Shown here in pieces: positions 1 through 9,201 of a stretch of 64,000 bases of DNA (within the stretch, counting starts at the first letter, position 1; every line of letters starts with the position of its first letter). This DNA comes from Eubacteriales bacterium (GTDB lineage: Bacteria; Bacillota; Clostridia; Oscillospirales; CAG-272). Under the pieces are notes generated by a model. The model made no database searches and was not told the DNA's origin. It saw nothing but the letters and a program-made list of their open reading frames with translations. The translations under genes and the position numbers were made by a program. The stretch spans positions 4,497-68,496 of the forward strand of contig JAZQFQ010000020.1 in the NCBI GenBank assembly GCA_045539595.1. Reading direction: 5' to 3'.

Positions 1-840
1 GTAGAAGTTATCGATCAGCTGGCCCTGATAGGAAAGGGGCTTGGTGGAAACCAGTTTACCGTCGGCGCATCCCTTTTTGGGGCTGGTAAAGATCTCCTCG
101 GTGGGCATGTTGGGGTTGAAGAAGTTGCCCAGCAGAGACACCTCCCCGCCGCCGCACCAATGGCCTTCGGGAATGAGGGAGGCACGGAAATCCGTTCCGT
201 TGGAGCTCTTATATTCCAGATAGTCGAACTTCTGCTCGTTAAGCCATGCACATCTTGCTTTGAACGCCTCGTTGTGCTTGTCCCACTCAGCCACGGGATC
301 GTTATCCTTGGTGACGCGGACGGTCTTCAGAATCTCCTCCCACAGCATCTCATAGGCGCGGTTCTTCTTCTCGCCGGGGAACACTTTCTTCGCCCATGCG
401 TAGGAAGGAACGGCCACGATGGTCCACTGCTCCTTATTCTCCAGCGCGTCGTTGTACTTCTTCACGATGGGATAGGTGGCGATGCGGGCCTTTTGCATCT
501 TTTCCTGATTGATGCCGCGGAGGCCGTCGGGATCCTCACCGATGATGTGGATGCGGCAGGGCACCTCCTCCACCGCCAGCTTCAGTTTCTCCTCTTCCCA
601 CGCGGGAACGGTGGACAGGGATTTCAGTGTGCGGTACTTGTAGTGCATTTTGGTGATGGCCTGGCAGCTCCACTCGTGATCCACGCGGGATGCGCCTGCC
701 TTGTAGCACTCCTCGGTCACATAGGCGGCAAATTCGCTGTGCTCCACGCTGGCGCTGATTACGACCACCTGTCCTTTTTTCACATTGGCACCTACGCGGG
801 CAACCAGTGCCGCGTATTTTTTCATCATAGTTTTTGTCAT
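1..840 (-). CDS. M29-family aminopeptidase (AmpS/PepS/aminopeptidase T-like), first 280 codons; 3' end lies beyond window start
   Basis: Absent from the ORF track because it has no in-window stop. My reverse-strand translation from ATG (838-840) reads MTKTMMKKYAALVARVGANVKKGQVVVISASVEHSEFAAYVTEECYKAGASRVDHEW...FFNPNMPTEEIFTSPKKGCADGKLVSTKPLSYQGQLIDNFY and stays open to nt 1. It resembles M29 aminopeptidases as I remember them. Track ORFs 160..969(+) and 536..997(-) are off-frame shadows. Confidence 0.8.
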   Translation of the reverse strand, partial: MTKTMMKKYAALVARVGANVKKGQVVVISASVEHSEFAAYVTEECYKAGASRVDHEWSCQAITKMHYKYRTLKSLSTVPAWEEEKLKLAVEEVPCRIHIIGEDPDGLRGINQEKMQKARIATYPIVKKYNDALENKEQWTIVAVPSYAWAKKVFPGEKKNRAYEMLWEEILKTVRVTKDNDPVAEWDKHNEAFKARCAWLNEQKFDYLEYKSSNGTDFRASLIPEGHWCGGGEVSLLGNFFNPNMPTEEIFTSPKKGCADGKLVSTKPLSYQGQLIDNFY

Positions 841-940
841 AGTATTCTCCATGTATGTTATCAGAATGGTTTCTTTGAATATTGTACACCACACAGCGGT
901 GGAAGTCAAGGAATCCCGGGAGATATTTTCGACAGGATTC

Positions 941-970
941 TTGACAGGCATTTGCTGTATAGTGTATAAT
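941..970 (+). promoter_or_regulatory. SigA-type promoter upstream of the DUF1508 gene
   Basis: TTGACA 941-946, 18-nt spacer, TATAAT 965-970. AAGGAG RBS at 1033-1038 precedes ATG 1048. Confidence 0.6.
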
Positions 971-1047
971 AACCACAGATGGGTGTGTTATACGCACCCG
1001 GATTGTTCATACTGAAATACTTTATTTACTATAAGGAGACATGTGTC

Positions 1048-1419
1048 ATGGGAAAGTTTGCAGTTAGAAAGACCAACACCGGCTTCAAATTTGATCTGGT
1101 TGCCGGCAACGGCGAGACTATCGCGACCTCTGAGGTATATGCCGCTGAGGCATCCTGCCTGAACGGTATCGCCAGCGTAGTGAAGTGCTCTGCTGCCGCT
1201 GAAGTAGAGGATCTCACCGCAGAAGTTGTAGAGACCAAGAAGCATCCCAAATTTGAAGTGTACGCCGACAAGGCGGGCGAATTCCGTTTCCGTCTGAAGG
1301 CTACCAACGGTCAGGTCATCGCCGTATCCGAAGGATACAAGGCAAAGGCATCCTGCCTGAATGGCATCGAGAGCGTAAAGAAGAACGCCGCTGACGCTGA
1401 AACCGTTAAGGAATACTGA
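1048..1419 (+). CDS. YegP/DUF1508 (UPF0339) protein with two tandem DUF1508 repeats
   Basis: Internal ATG of track ORF 979..1419, preceded by AAGGAG. Two repeats: KFxL(V/K)A.NG(E/Q).IA.SE.Y....(A)SC.NGI.SV. Confidence 0.8.
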   Translation: MGKFAVRKTNTGFKFDLVAGNGETIATSEVYAAEASCLNGIASVVKCSAAAEVEDLTAEVVETKKHPKFEVYADKAGEFRFRLKATNGQVIAVSEGYKAKASCLNGIESVKKNAADAETVKEY

Positions 1420-1427
1420 TACTTATT

Positions 1428-1461
1428 AAAAAATCCCACGGCACAAGCCGTGGGATTTTTT
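1428..1461. terminator. Bidirectional intrinsic terminator between convergent genes
   Basis: A6, then TCCCACGGC (1434-1442), loop ACAA, GCCGTGGGA (1447-1455), then T6. 9-bp GC-rich stem with A/T runs on both sides. Confidence 0.85.
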
Positions 1462-1468
1462 GTCTATA

Positions 1469-2590
1469 TCAGGCATCCTTGTAATGCTCTGCCACTTCTT
1501 TCAGATGCTGGATGATGGGCAGATGCTGGGGGCAGACCTGCTCACACTGACCGCATTCCAGGCACTGATCGGCCGCGCCGAACTCCTTGGTCAAATTGAC
1601 GTAATAAGACTCCTGGGGCGTCCAGGATTTGCCGGGCATCTCCTGTTTATCCGCGTTGTACAAAGAGAAATACTGAGGGATGGGGATGCCGACGGGACAG
1701 CCGTCCACGCAATAGGCGCATCCCGTACAGGGGATGGCGATGCTTCCGTTGATGAATCCCACAGCGCGGCGGATGATTTCCTGCTCTTCCCCGCTCAGCG
1801 GCTTCTGATCCATCATATAGGAAGTGTTGTCCAGCAACTGCTCCATATTGCTCATGCCGGAGAGCACCATGAACACGTTATCCAGATCCGCCGTGAAGCG
1901 GACAGCCCAGGATGCCACGGACATATCCGGCTGATGGCGTTGGAACATATCTTTCACGGCTTCGGGCACATTGGCCAGCGTGCCGCCTTTCACCGGCTCC
2001 ATCACGATGACGGGGACGCCGTGGCGGGTAGCCACTTCGTAGCACTTGCGGGACTGGACGCCCTCGCTGTCCCAATCCAGGTAATTGATCTGGAGCTGTA
2101 CGAACTCCATCTCCGGATGCTCCGTCAGCACCTGGTCAAGAAACTCCGCGTCATCGTGGAAGGAGAATCCCATATGACGCACCAGGCCGGCCGCCTTCTT
2201 ATCCCGGAGCCAGGTAAAGCAATCCATATCGTTATAGGCGGCATAATTCTCCCGCCCGATGGCGTGGAGCAGATAATAATCAAAATAGGTTACGCCGGTT
2301 TTCTTCAGCTGCTCGCCGAAGATACGATCCCGGTCCTCCTTGGTTTTCACAAAAGAGGAATGCAGTTTGGTGGCAAGGGTATAGGCATCCCGGGGATGCC
2401 GCACCACCAGTGCCTCGCGGATAGCGCACTCGCTTTGAAAATTGCAATACATCCACGCGGTATCGAAATAGGTAAATCCCCGCGCGAGGAAGGTATCCAC
2501 CATTTCTTTCAGATGCTCGATATCGATTTTCTTCTCTCCGTCCACTTCCTTCGTGGGAAGGCGCATCAGGCCAAAGCCCAGTTTTTTCAT
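1469..2590 (-). CDS. Aldo/keto reductase with C-terminal 4Fe-4S ferredoxin-type Cys clusters
   Basis: Start set at MKKLGFGLMRLP (cat at 2588-2590) inside track ORF 1469..2719. AKR-like core (GFTYFDTAWMY, HMGFSFHD). C-terminal CTGCAYCVDGCP and CLECGQCEQVCP motifs. Confidence 0.85.
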   Translation of the reverse strand: MKKLGFGLMRLPTKEVDGEKKIDIEHLKEMVDTFLARGFTYFDTAWMYCNFQSECAIREALVVRHPRDAYTLATKLHSSFVKTKEDRDRIFGEQLKKTGVTYFDYYLLHAIGRENYAAYNDMDCFTWLRDKKAAGLVRHMGFSFHDDAEFLDQVLTEHPEMEFVQLQINYLDWDSEGVQSRKCYEVATRHGVPVIVMEPVKGGTLANVPEAVKDMFQRHQPDMSVASWAVRFTADLDNVFMVLSGMSNMEQLLDNTSYMMDQKPLSGEEQEIIRRAVGFINGSIAIPCTGCAYCVDGCPVGIPIPQYFSLYNADKQEMPGKSWTPQESYYVNLTKEFGAADQCLECGQCEQVCPQHLPIIQHLKEVAEHYKDA

Positions 2591-2780
2591 AATATCCACT
2601 GCCTTTCGGTTCGTATCTTTACATATATTATACATTTTCTTCCCCGCCGTAGCAAGGGGGAACGGAAAACTTTGCTGAAATGTCAGACCAAGTACACCAT
2701 ATTTTTGAAAACAAGTCAACCGGTTGGCGAAAAGCGAGCGCCCTTGCAGGCACGCCGTTGATCAACGCCAGGTGCAATAC

Positions 2781-2811
2781 AACAAAAAAGAGAGCCTTGG
2801 GGCTCTCTTTT
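2781..2811 (-). terminator. Intrinsic terminator downstream of pepF
   Basis: On the minus strand: AGAGAGCC, loop CCAA, GGCTCTCT, then TTTTTTG. Lies 12 nt after the pepF stop. Confidence 0.75.
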
Positions 2812-2822
2812 CGTTTGATATA

Positions 2823-4598
2823 TCACAGCTGCTCGAATTCTTCCAGGGCCGCCTTGAAGGATGCCATGCAGGCCTCGAAGGCGTCGGGCTTGGTCAGATC
2901 CACGCCGGCCAGTTTCAAGAGTTCTACGGGACTGTCGCTGCCGCCGGAGGACAGGAAGCGGAAGTAATCATCCACAGCGGTCTGGCCTTCCTTCAGGATT
3001 CGCTCGGCGATGGACACGGCGGACACGATACCGGTGGCGTACTTATACACATAGAACCGGCGATACAGATGGGGGATCCGCGCCCATTCGTAGGCGATCT
3101 CGGGATCGGACTCCACGGCGGGGCCGTAGTACTTCTTATTCAGCTCCAGATAGGCCTGGCAGAGGGCATCTTTGGTGAGAGGCTGGCCCTTCTCTGCCAT
3201 ATCGTGGGACAGATACTCAAACTCCGCGAACTGGGTCTGGCGGAACAAAGTGCCCTTCAGGGTATCCATATAATAGGAAAGGAGATACTTCTTCAGCTTC
3301 ACGTCGTCCGTGTTTTTCAGCAGATGCTTGAGCAGAAGAACCTCGTTGACGGTGCTGGCCACTTCGGCCACGAAAATCTTGTAGCTGGCCTTCTCGTAGG
3401 GCTGATTCCGCTCGGAGAAGTAGGAGTGCATGGCGTGACCCAGCTCATGGGCTACGGTGAACACATCGCCCGTGGTCTTCTGGTAATTGAGAAGCACGTA
3501 GGGATGCTTCAATCCGAACACACTGATGGAGTAAGCGCCGCTGCGTTTGCCCTCGGTTTCCTCCACGTCGATCCATCCGTTATCGTGGGCCTGCTGCAGA
3601 AGCTGTCCGTACTGCTCACCCAAAGGAGCCAGTCCTTCCTTGACGATGCGGAAGGCCTCGTCGTAATCCACGCGGATCTCCGCATCCTCCACCAGGGAGG
3701 TATAGATATCGTACATATGGAGCGTCTTGACACCCAGGATCTTTTTGCGGTCCTTGAAGTAGCGATGCAGGAGCGGCAGATTCGCGTTCACGCTGTCGAG
3801 GAGGTTCTTGTAAACCTGCACATCCACGTCCTCACCGGCCAGGGCCATCTCCAGGCAGGAGTTGTACTTGCGGGTGCGGGCCAGGAACACGTCCTTATCG
3901 ATATTGCCCACATAGGTGGCGGTGATGGTGTTGATCAGATCCATATAGACCTTATTGAATGCCTTGAATGCGGCGCGGCGGACGCGGCGATCGGGGGAAT
4001 GGAGCATGAGGCCGTAGGTGCCGTGGGTCAGGCGGACCTTTTCACCGTTCACACGGATGGTGGGCAAGGGCAGATCGGCGTTGTTGATCATGGAGAAGAT
4101 ATTCTGGAATCCGCCGAAGATACGGGACTCCTGGGAGAGGAGGGTTTCGATCTCCTCGGAAAGTACGTGGGGCTTGCCTTTGATGATGCCGCGGATGGTA
4201 TAATCATAATCCTTCAGGCGGGGATCGGCGGCCAGCTCCTCCAGTTTCTCCACCGGCAGGGCGGTCAATTCCGGATTGATGAAGGACACGTTCGCGGAGA
4301 ATTTCATCGACAGCATCTGCACGCGGGTTTGGAGAGCATCAAACTCGGACAGGCGGGTATCCTCATCCCGACGCATGAAGGCGTACACGGACAAAAGGCT
4401 CAGATCCTTCACCACCGCGTTGACTTCTTCCATGCAGGCAAGGATGGTTTCGGCATTGTTCAACTTGCCTTTGTAGGCGGAAAAATCCAATTTTCCCTCC
4501 AGGGAGGCATACAGATCATCCCATTCTTTCTGGGAGGCGAAGATATCGTCGGTATTCCATTTCCGGCTGGCGGGAACGTCTTTTCTTTCTTTTGCCAT
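2823..4598 (-). CDS. pepF: Oligoendopeptidase F (M3B metallopeptidase)
   Basis: 591-aa ORF with zinc motif HELGHAMH and PepF-like length and N-terminus (RKWNTDDIF...). AAAGGA RBS upstream. Confidence 0.9.
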   Translation of the reverse strand: MAKERKDVPASRKWNTDDIFASQKEWDDLYASLEGKLDFSAYKGKLNNAETILACMEEVNAVVKDLSLLSVYAFMRRDEDTRLSEFDALQTRVQMLSMKFSANVSFINPELTALPVEKLEELAADPRLKDYDYTIRGIIKGKPHVLSEEIETLLSQESRIFGGFQNIFSMINNADLPLPTIRVNGEKVRLTHGTYGLMLHSPDRRVRRAAFKAFNKVYMDLINTITATYVGNIDKDVFLARTRKYNSCLEMALAGEDVDVQVYKNLLDSVNANLPLLHRYFKDRKKILGVKTLHMYDIYTSLVEDAEIRVDYDEAFRIVKEGLAPLGEQYGQLLQQAHDNGWIDVEETEGKRSGAYSISVFGLKHPYVLLNYQKTTGDVFTVAHELGHAMHSYFSERNQPYEKASYKIFVAEVASTVNEVLLLKHLLKNTDDVKLKKYLLSYYMDTLKGTLFRQTQFAEFEYLSHDMAEKGQPLTKDALCQAYLELNKKYYGPAVESDPEIAYEWARIPHLYRRFYVYKYATGIVSAVSIAERILKEGQTAVDDYFRFLSSGGSDSPVELLKLAGVDLTKPDAFEACMASFKAALEEFEQL

Positions 4599-4676
4599 GG
4601 TGATTCATCCTTTCTTATATATAATTTCATGCACAAATGGGGGTGTCACACTCGTGCCATCCCCATTTCATTTTTA

Positions 4677-5663
4677 TTACAGCGTTGCGGCCATCACCGC
4701 TTTGATGGTATGCATGCGGTTCTCCGCTTCATCAAAGACGATGGACTGCTCGCTCTCAAACACGCCATCGGTGACTTCCATGCAGGTGATGCCGTATTTC
4801 TCGCAGATATCCCGGCCGATCGCCGTATTGGTATCGTGGAACGCAGGCAGGCAGTGCATAAAGCGGCACTGGGGACCGGCGTTGGCCATGATCTCCTCCG
4901 TTACCCGGTAGGGGGTAAGATCAGCAATTCTCTCCTGCCATACGGATGCCGCCTCGCCCATGGACACCCACACATCGGTGTAGATCACGTCCGCGCCCTT
5001 AGTGGCGGCGATGGGATCCTCACTGAACTCCAGCGTGGCGCCGGTTTCTTTTGCAATGGCCTGGCACTGAGCCACCAGATCCGCATTGGGGAAATACTTG
5101 GCGGGGGCACAGGCAACGAAATGCATACCCATCTTGGCGCATCCCACCATGAGGGAATTGCCCATATTGTAGCGGGCGTCGCCCATGTAAACCAGTTTCT
5201 TACCGGCCAGGGGGCCGCAATGCTCACGGATGGTAAGGAAATCCGCCAGGATCTGGGTAGGATGGAACTCGTTGGTCAGGCCGTTCCACACGGGAACGCC
5301 GGCGTAGCGGGCGAGATCCTCCACGATTTCCTGGCCGAAGCCGCGGTACTCGATGCCGTCAAACATACGGCCGAGGACCCGGGCGGTATCGGCGATGCTT
5401 TCCTTTTTGCCGATCTGGGAGCCGGTGGGGCCCAGATACACGGGATGCATACCCAGATCCGCCGCGGCCACTTCAAAGGCACAGCGGGTACGGGTGCTGT
5501 CCTTCTCAAACACCAGGGCGATGGACTTACCCTCGCACAGGCGGTGAGGGATGCCGGCTTTCTTCTGTGCCTTCAATTCGGCGGACAGATCCAGAAGGCC
5601 TGTGATCTCCTCCGGGGTGAAATCCAGCAGTTTCAGAAAATGCTTACCTTTCAATGATATCAT
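4677..5663 (-). CDS. argF: Ornithine carbamoyltransferase
   Basis: Start at [15 protein letters not shown] (cat at 5661-5663). Carbamoyl-phosphate motif STRTR, HPTQ, and ornithine-site HCLPAFH. The anabolic versus catabolic role is not decidable from sequence. Confidence 0.9.
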   Translation of the reverse strand: MISLKGKHFLKLLDFTPEEITGLLDLSAELKAQKKAGIPHRLCEGKSIALVFEKDSTRTRCAFEVAAADLGMHPVYLGPTGSQIGKKESIADTARVLGRMFDGIEYRGFGQEIVEDLARYAGVPVWNGLTNEFHPTQILADFLTIREHCGPLAGKKLVYMGDARYNMGNSLMVGCAKMGMHFVACAPAKYFPNADLVAQCQAIAKETGATLEFSEDPIAATKGADVIYTDVWVSMGEAASVWQERIADLTPYRVTEEIMANAGPQCRFMHCLPAFHDTNTAIGRDICEKYGITCMEVTDGVFESEQSIVFDEAENRMHTIKAVMAATL

Positions 5664-5694
5664 AATTGACTCCGTTGTTGACAAAGTTGGTATT

Positions 5695-6450
5695 TTACAG
5701 TACTTTCGCCAAAAAAGACTGCAGACGCTCGCACTGGGGATTTTCAAAGATTTCCGTAGGAGTTCCCTCCTCGGCAATCACGCCGTCATCCAGGAAGATG
5801 ACGCGGTTGGACACCTCGCGGGCAAAGCCCATCTCGTGGGTAACGACCACCATGGTCATGCCCTCTTTGGCCAGTTCCTTCATAACGTCCAGAACCTCGC
5901 CGACCATCTCGGGGTCGAGAGCGGAGGTGGGTTCGTCGAAGAGCATCACATCCGGCTCCATGCAAAGCGCACGGACGATGGCCACACGCTGTTTCTGGCC
6001 GCCGGACAACTGACTCGGATAACTGTCCGCACGGTCGGACAGACCGACGCGGGCCAGCAGTTCCATGGCTTTGGCTTTTGCCTGCTCCGGGGTGGCTTTC
6101 TTCAGCATGACCGGCGCGCAGGTCAGATTCTCCAGAATGGACATATGAGGGAACAGATTGAACTGCTGGAACACCATGCCCATCTTCTGGCGGTGGAGGT
6201 TCAGATCCACTTTCTTATCGGTCAGATCCGCACCCTCAAAATAGATGCTGCCGCCCGTGGGCTGTTCCAGCAGATTGAGGCAGCGGAGAAAGGTGGATTT
6301 ACCGGAGCCGGAGGCGCCGATAACGCACACCACGTCTCCCTTATGGATATCGATATCGATTCCCTTCAATACGGACACATCGGCAAAATCCTTTTTCAAT
6401 CCGCGCACGCGGATGGTTACTTCGCCGGAAGCATAATTCTTATTTTCCAT
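5695..6450 (-). CDS. Polar amino-acid ABC transporter, ATP-binding subunit (GlnQ-like)
   Basis: Walker [10 protein letters not shown], signature LSGGQKQR, Walker [12 protein letters not shown]. Overlaps the permease stop by 11 nt. Confidence 0.9.
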   Translation of the reverse strand: MENKNYASGEVTIRVRGLKKDFADVSVLKGIDIDIHKGDVVCVIGASGSGKSTFLRCLNLLEQPTGGSIYFEGADLTDKKVDLNLHRQKMGMVFQQFNLFPHMSILENLTCAPVMLKKATPEQAKAKAMELLARVGLSDRADSYPSQLSGGQKQRVAIVRALCMEPDVMLFDEPTSALDPEMVGEVLDVMKELAKEGMTMVVVTHEMGFAREVSNRVIFLDDGVIAEEGTPTEIFENPQCERLQSFLAKVL

Positions 6451-7126
6451 CGCTTCTGCGCAACCTCCTTTCCAGAACGGCCAACAAACGGGTCATCGCC
6501 ACGACCATCACCAGATATACAAGAGCAAGGAGAAGGATGGGGTTCACCGCATCAAACGTTTTGTTTCGGATATTGGTGGCTGCCTTGGTGATATCCACCA
6601 CAGCCACGTAACCGGCAACGGAAGTCTCTTTCAGAAGAGCAATGCACTCATTACCGATGGCGGGCAGAATGTTTTTGATAGCCTGGGGAAGGATGATCTT
6701 GGCCATGGCCTGCCCTTTGGAAAGGCCCAGGCTTCTTGCCGCCTCCATCTGTCCCTTATCCACTGCGTTGATACCGCTGCGGATCAGCTCCGCCATATAG
6801 GCACCGGAATTGATACCGAAAGCCACGATGGCCACCGGCACGCCGTCCTTGACGGAAACGAAAATAATATAAAAGAACACCAGCAAAAGAACTGTAACGG
6901 GAATACCGCGGATCACCGTGGTATACAGATCGCACAGCCAGTTGAAGATGCGGAGCTTCTTATTGCCCTCGCAGAAATACTTGGTAATGGCGATCACCGC
7001 ACCGATGATCACACCGATGATCAAGGCACCCAGCGTGATCAGAAGGGTGTTTCCGAGGCCTTCCACCAGCCACATATAGCGGTTGTCCTCCAGAAAGGTC
7101 TCCTGCAATTTTGCAAACCAATTCAT
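6440..7126 (-). CDS. Polar amino-acid ABC transporter permease (HisM/GlnP-like)
   Basis: Start at MNWFAKLQ (cat at 7124-7126) with AAGGAAG RBS. Multi-TM protein with an EAA-loop-like segment [23 protein letters not shown]. Confidence 0.85.
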   Translation of the reverse strand: MNWFAKLQETFLEDNRYMWLVEGLGNTLLITLGALIIGVIIGAVIAITKYFCEGNKKLRIFNWLCDLYTTVIRGIPVTVLLLVFFYIIFVSVKDGVPVAIVAFGINSGAYMAELIRSGINAVDKGQMEAARSLGLSKGQAMAKIILPQAIKNILPAIGNECIALLKETSVAGYVAVVDITKAATNIRNKTFDAVNPILLLALVYLVMVVAMTRLLAVLERRLRRSDGK

Positions 7127-7244
7127 TATGTAATCTTCCTTAAATGCTTCGTAAAAATCCTCCCAAAAACCGGGGAATAAACCCAAGCAGGCTCCGCGCT
7201 TTCACGCGGAGCCGCCGTGGTATATTATCTTATGTATACCGGAA

Positions 7245-8009
7245 TCAGGGCTTGATGTAGGTCTCGCCGTAGCTGGCAAAGATGCTCTCCATGGTACCGT
7301 CCTCGATCAGTTTCTCAAGGATGGTATCGATCTTCTCTACCAGATCCTCGGAACCGAAAGCAAAGGCAAATGCATAGGGCTCATCGGTCATCTTCTCCTC
7401 CAGGATAACCAGGCCGTCGCCTTCCTGTACCATCTGGATCGCGGTCAGGTTGTCTACAACCCACGCGTCTACCTTGCCGGTGGTCAGAGCAGCCTTTGCA
7501 TCGGCGTTGGCAGCGAAGGCCTGCACAGCGATACCCGCATCGGTACAGCCCTTATCGGCAGTGGTACCGGTCTGAACGGATACAGTCTTGTCGGCCAGAT
7601 CCGCCTTACCCTGTATGGTACTGCCCTCTTTTACAACGATAACCTGTGCAGCGTTGTAATAAGGTGTGGTGAACAGCATGTTCTTCTGACGGTCCGCGTC
7701 CACAGTGATACCGGACATACCGCAGTCGTACTTAGCGGACTGCACACCCAGCAGAACAGAATCGAAGTCCATCTGCACGATATCCAGCTGAACGCCCAGT
7801 TCCTCGCAGATCAACTTCAGAACGTCCACTTCAATACCGACAACCTCGCCGCCCTCCAGGCTCTCAAAGGGAGGGAAGTCAGGGCTGGTAGCCACAACGA
7901 GTTTGCCTGCCGCCTCTACGTCAGCCAGGGTTTTGCCCTTGGCACCGCAGCCTGCCAGGCACAGGGACAGCATAAGAGCTGCCATCAAAAATGCAATAAT
8001 CTTTTTCAT
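7245..8009 (-). CDS. Amino-acid ABC transporter substrate-binding lipoprotein
   Basis: Signal peptide with lipobox LSLCLAGC. Type-3 SBP-like body (GFDVD-type motif IEVDVLKLI...). Confidence 0.85.
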   Translation of the reverse strand: MKKIIAFLMAALMLSLCLAGCGAKGKTLADVEAAGKLVVATSPDFPPFESLEGGEVVGIEVDVLKLICEELGVQLDIVQMDFDSVLLGVQSAKYDCGMSGITVDADRQKNMLFTTPYYNAAQVIVVKEGSTIQGKADLADKTVSVQTGTTADKGCTDAGIAVQAFAANADAKAALTTGKVDAWVVDNLTAIQMVQEGDGLVILEEKMTDEPYAFAFAFGSEDLVEKIDTILEKLIEDGTMESIFASYGETYIKP

Positions 8010-8096
8010 GATACAATATCCTTTCCCAATGTAACAAATACAAAATCTTGCGCAATCCGGAGGAAAATCTCCGGTGTTTCATTCTTTACGGATGAA

Positions 8097-8125
8097 ATTA
8101 TACATCAGTTGTAAGCAAATGTCAA
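8097..8125 (-). promoter_or_regulatory. Consensus SigA promoter of the ABC-argF operon
   Basis: Minus strand reads TTGACA (8125-8120), 17 nt, TATAAT (8102-8097). About 85-nt leader before ATG 8009. Confidence 0.75.
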
Positions 8126-8380
8126 TAGATTTTTGAATATTTTTTCAATTTTTTCTGTATAATTATCAATCTGTCTTCCAACCAATCCCGCGTTCTGCAC
8201 ACCGTTTCCCGCCTTGGCCGTATCTTTATGGATCCGGCGCGTCCCACTCCTCCGCCCTTTTTTGATTTAAAGAGACAAAAAGTGCTGGGACAGCCCCGCG
8301 GGAAATGGTGCTTTTGCCATGGTTCTGCCTCAGTTGAGAAAATATTCACTCCCGCTGCATAAACATCCAACCAATATCTC

Positions 8381-9004
8381 TTATCGGATCCGGCTGACAA
8401 ATGCCACCGCCAGTCCCAGGATACGGATCTCCTCCCCGGCATCGGGGGTCAGAATGATCGGTTTATAGGCGGGATTCTCCGCCTGCAGAATCAGATTTCG
8501 CCCATCCCGGTACACCCGCTTCAGGGTGGCCTCCTGACCGATCAGCACGGCGGCGATCTGTCCGTCATCCACCGTTTCCTGCCGCCGGACATACACCAGA
8601 TCTCCCTCCAGAATCCGGGCACCGATCATGCTGTCGCCGCGGCACCGCAGGCAGAAATCCGCCGTGATATCCAGGGGCACCGCCACCATCTCCTCCGCCA
8701 TTTCCGCCGCCAGGATCGGATCGCCGCAGGCGATATCCCCCAGCAGGGGTACCCGGTACGTCCGGGGGATCGGATGGATTTTTCTGCCCTCGCCGTACTC
8801 ATCCGGGGTAGAGATGCGCCCGGTCAGGTAATCCACGCTGACGTGAAATCCGTCGGCGATCCGGTTCAGCATATGTATATCGGGATTTCGCTTGCCGCTC
8901 TCCCAATTGCCCACGGCACCCACGGACACCTGCAGCGCCCGGGCCAATTCGGTCTGGGTGATCCCTTCCCGGCGCCTTAATTCTTTTAAACGATCCTTCA
9001 GCAT
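8381..9004 (-). CDS. XRE-HTH / S24-peptidase autocleavable repressor (phage CI-like, LexA-fold C-terminal domain)
   Basis: N-terminal Cro/C1 HTH (GITQTELARALQVSVGAVGNWESGKRNP). Putative Cys-Gly cleavage site in DIACGDPILA. Catalytic Ser in RGDSM and Lys in TLKRVY. It is not the winged-helix LexA type. Confidence 0.85.
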   Translation of the reverse strand: MLKDRLKELRRREGITQTELARALQVSVGAVGNWESGKRNPDIHMLNRIADGFHVSVDYLTGRISTPDEYGEGRKIHPIPRTYRVPLLGDIACGDPILAAEMAEEMVAVPLDITADFCLRCRGDSMIGARILEGDLVYVRRQETVDDGQIAAVLIGQEATLKRVYRDGRNLILQAENPAYKPIILTPDAGEEIRILGLAVAFVSRIR

Positions 9005-9024
9005 ATTCTTTCACCTCGCGCTCC

Positions 9025-9053
9025 ATTATATCACATTCTGTGAGAATTTGCAA
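9025..9053 (-). promoter_or_regulatory. Consensus promoter of the repressor gene with an operator palindrome in its spacer
   Basis: Minus strand reads TTGCAA (9053-9048, itself palindromic), 17 nt, TATAAT (9030-9025). The spacer contains the perfect 13-bp palindrome ATTCTGTGAGAAT (9035-9047). GAGGTGA RBS before ATG 9004. Confidence 0.75.
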
Positions 9054-9119
9054 GAGGGATTCTCACAACGAGGGAAATATATTTGTATATCCGCTCCGTC
9101 CATGGTATGCTGTTCTCAC
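9035..9119. promoter_or_regulatory. Operator half-site set (heptamer TTCTCAC/GTGAGAA, three copies) in the divergent control region
   Basis: GTGAGAA at 9040-9046, TTCTCAC at 9060-9066 and TTCTCAC at 9113-9119. TGTGAGAAT (9039-9047) and ATTCTCACA (9059-9067) form a 9-bp inverted repeat spaced by 11 nt. Confidence 0.6.
9083..9111 (+). promoter_or_regulatory. Candidate promoter of the fibre-lysis transcription unit
   Basis: TTGTAT 9083-9088, 17 nt, TATGCT 9106-9111 with upstream TGG (extended -10 like). It is followed immediately by the third TTCTCAC heptamer. Confidence 0.45.
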
Positions 9120-9201
9120 GCGGCGAAAGATACCAGGCATCATCCACCCGTCACAAAATCGATCGCCGCGAATTTCCGTTTGGAAAGAAAGGAACTCTTA
9201 T

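Noticed and set aside
4620-4676. Hairpin AAATGGGG...CCCCATTT between pepF and argF, considered as the argF terminator
   Set aside because: On the transcribed (minus) strand the stem is not followed by a U tract; the T-run is on the non-relevant strand. Whether argF and pepF are co-transcribed cannot be decided from sequence.
2724-5657. 977-aa plus-strand ORF. Similar giants: 15367..18159(-) 930 aa, 9745..12432(-) 895 aa, 56536..59109(+) 857 aa, 59614..61548(+) 644 aa, 38024..39787(+) 587 aa, 27343..29076(-) 577 aa
   Set aside because: Each is exactly antisense to a confidently identified gene or genes (pepF/argF, ileS, fibre, rsmD/uvrC, typA, ABC exporter, flotillin). None has a credible RBS or start context, and all have skewed compositions. 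Testing whether any is expressed would need Ribo-seq. From sequence alone they are artefacts.
8122-8442. 106-aa minus-strand ORF in the ABC-operon/repressor intergenic region
   Set aside because: It overlaps the 3' end of the repressor gene in another frame, crosses the consensus ABC-operon promoter, has no RBS, and has an Arg/Trp-rich nonsense-like sequence.
8381-9004. Calling this gene the host LexA
   Set aside because: The N-terminal domain is a Cro/C1 (XRE) HTH, not the LexA winged-helix domain, and the gene is divergently paired with phage genes. It is better described as a CI-like S24 repressor. A bona fide lexA may exist elsewhere.
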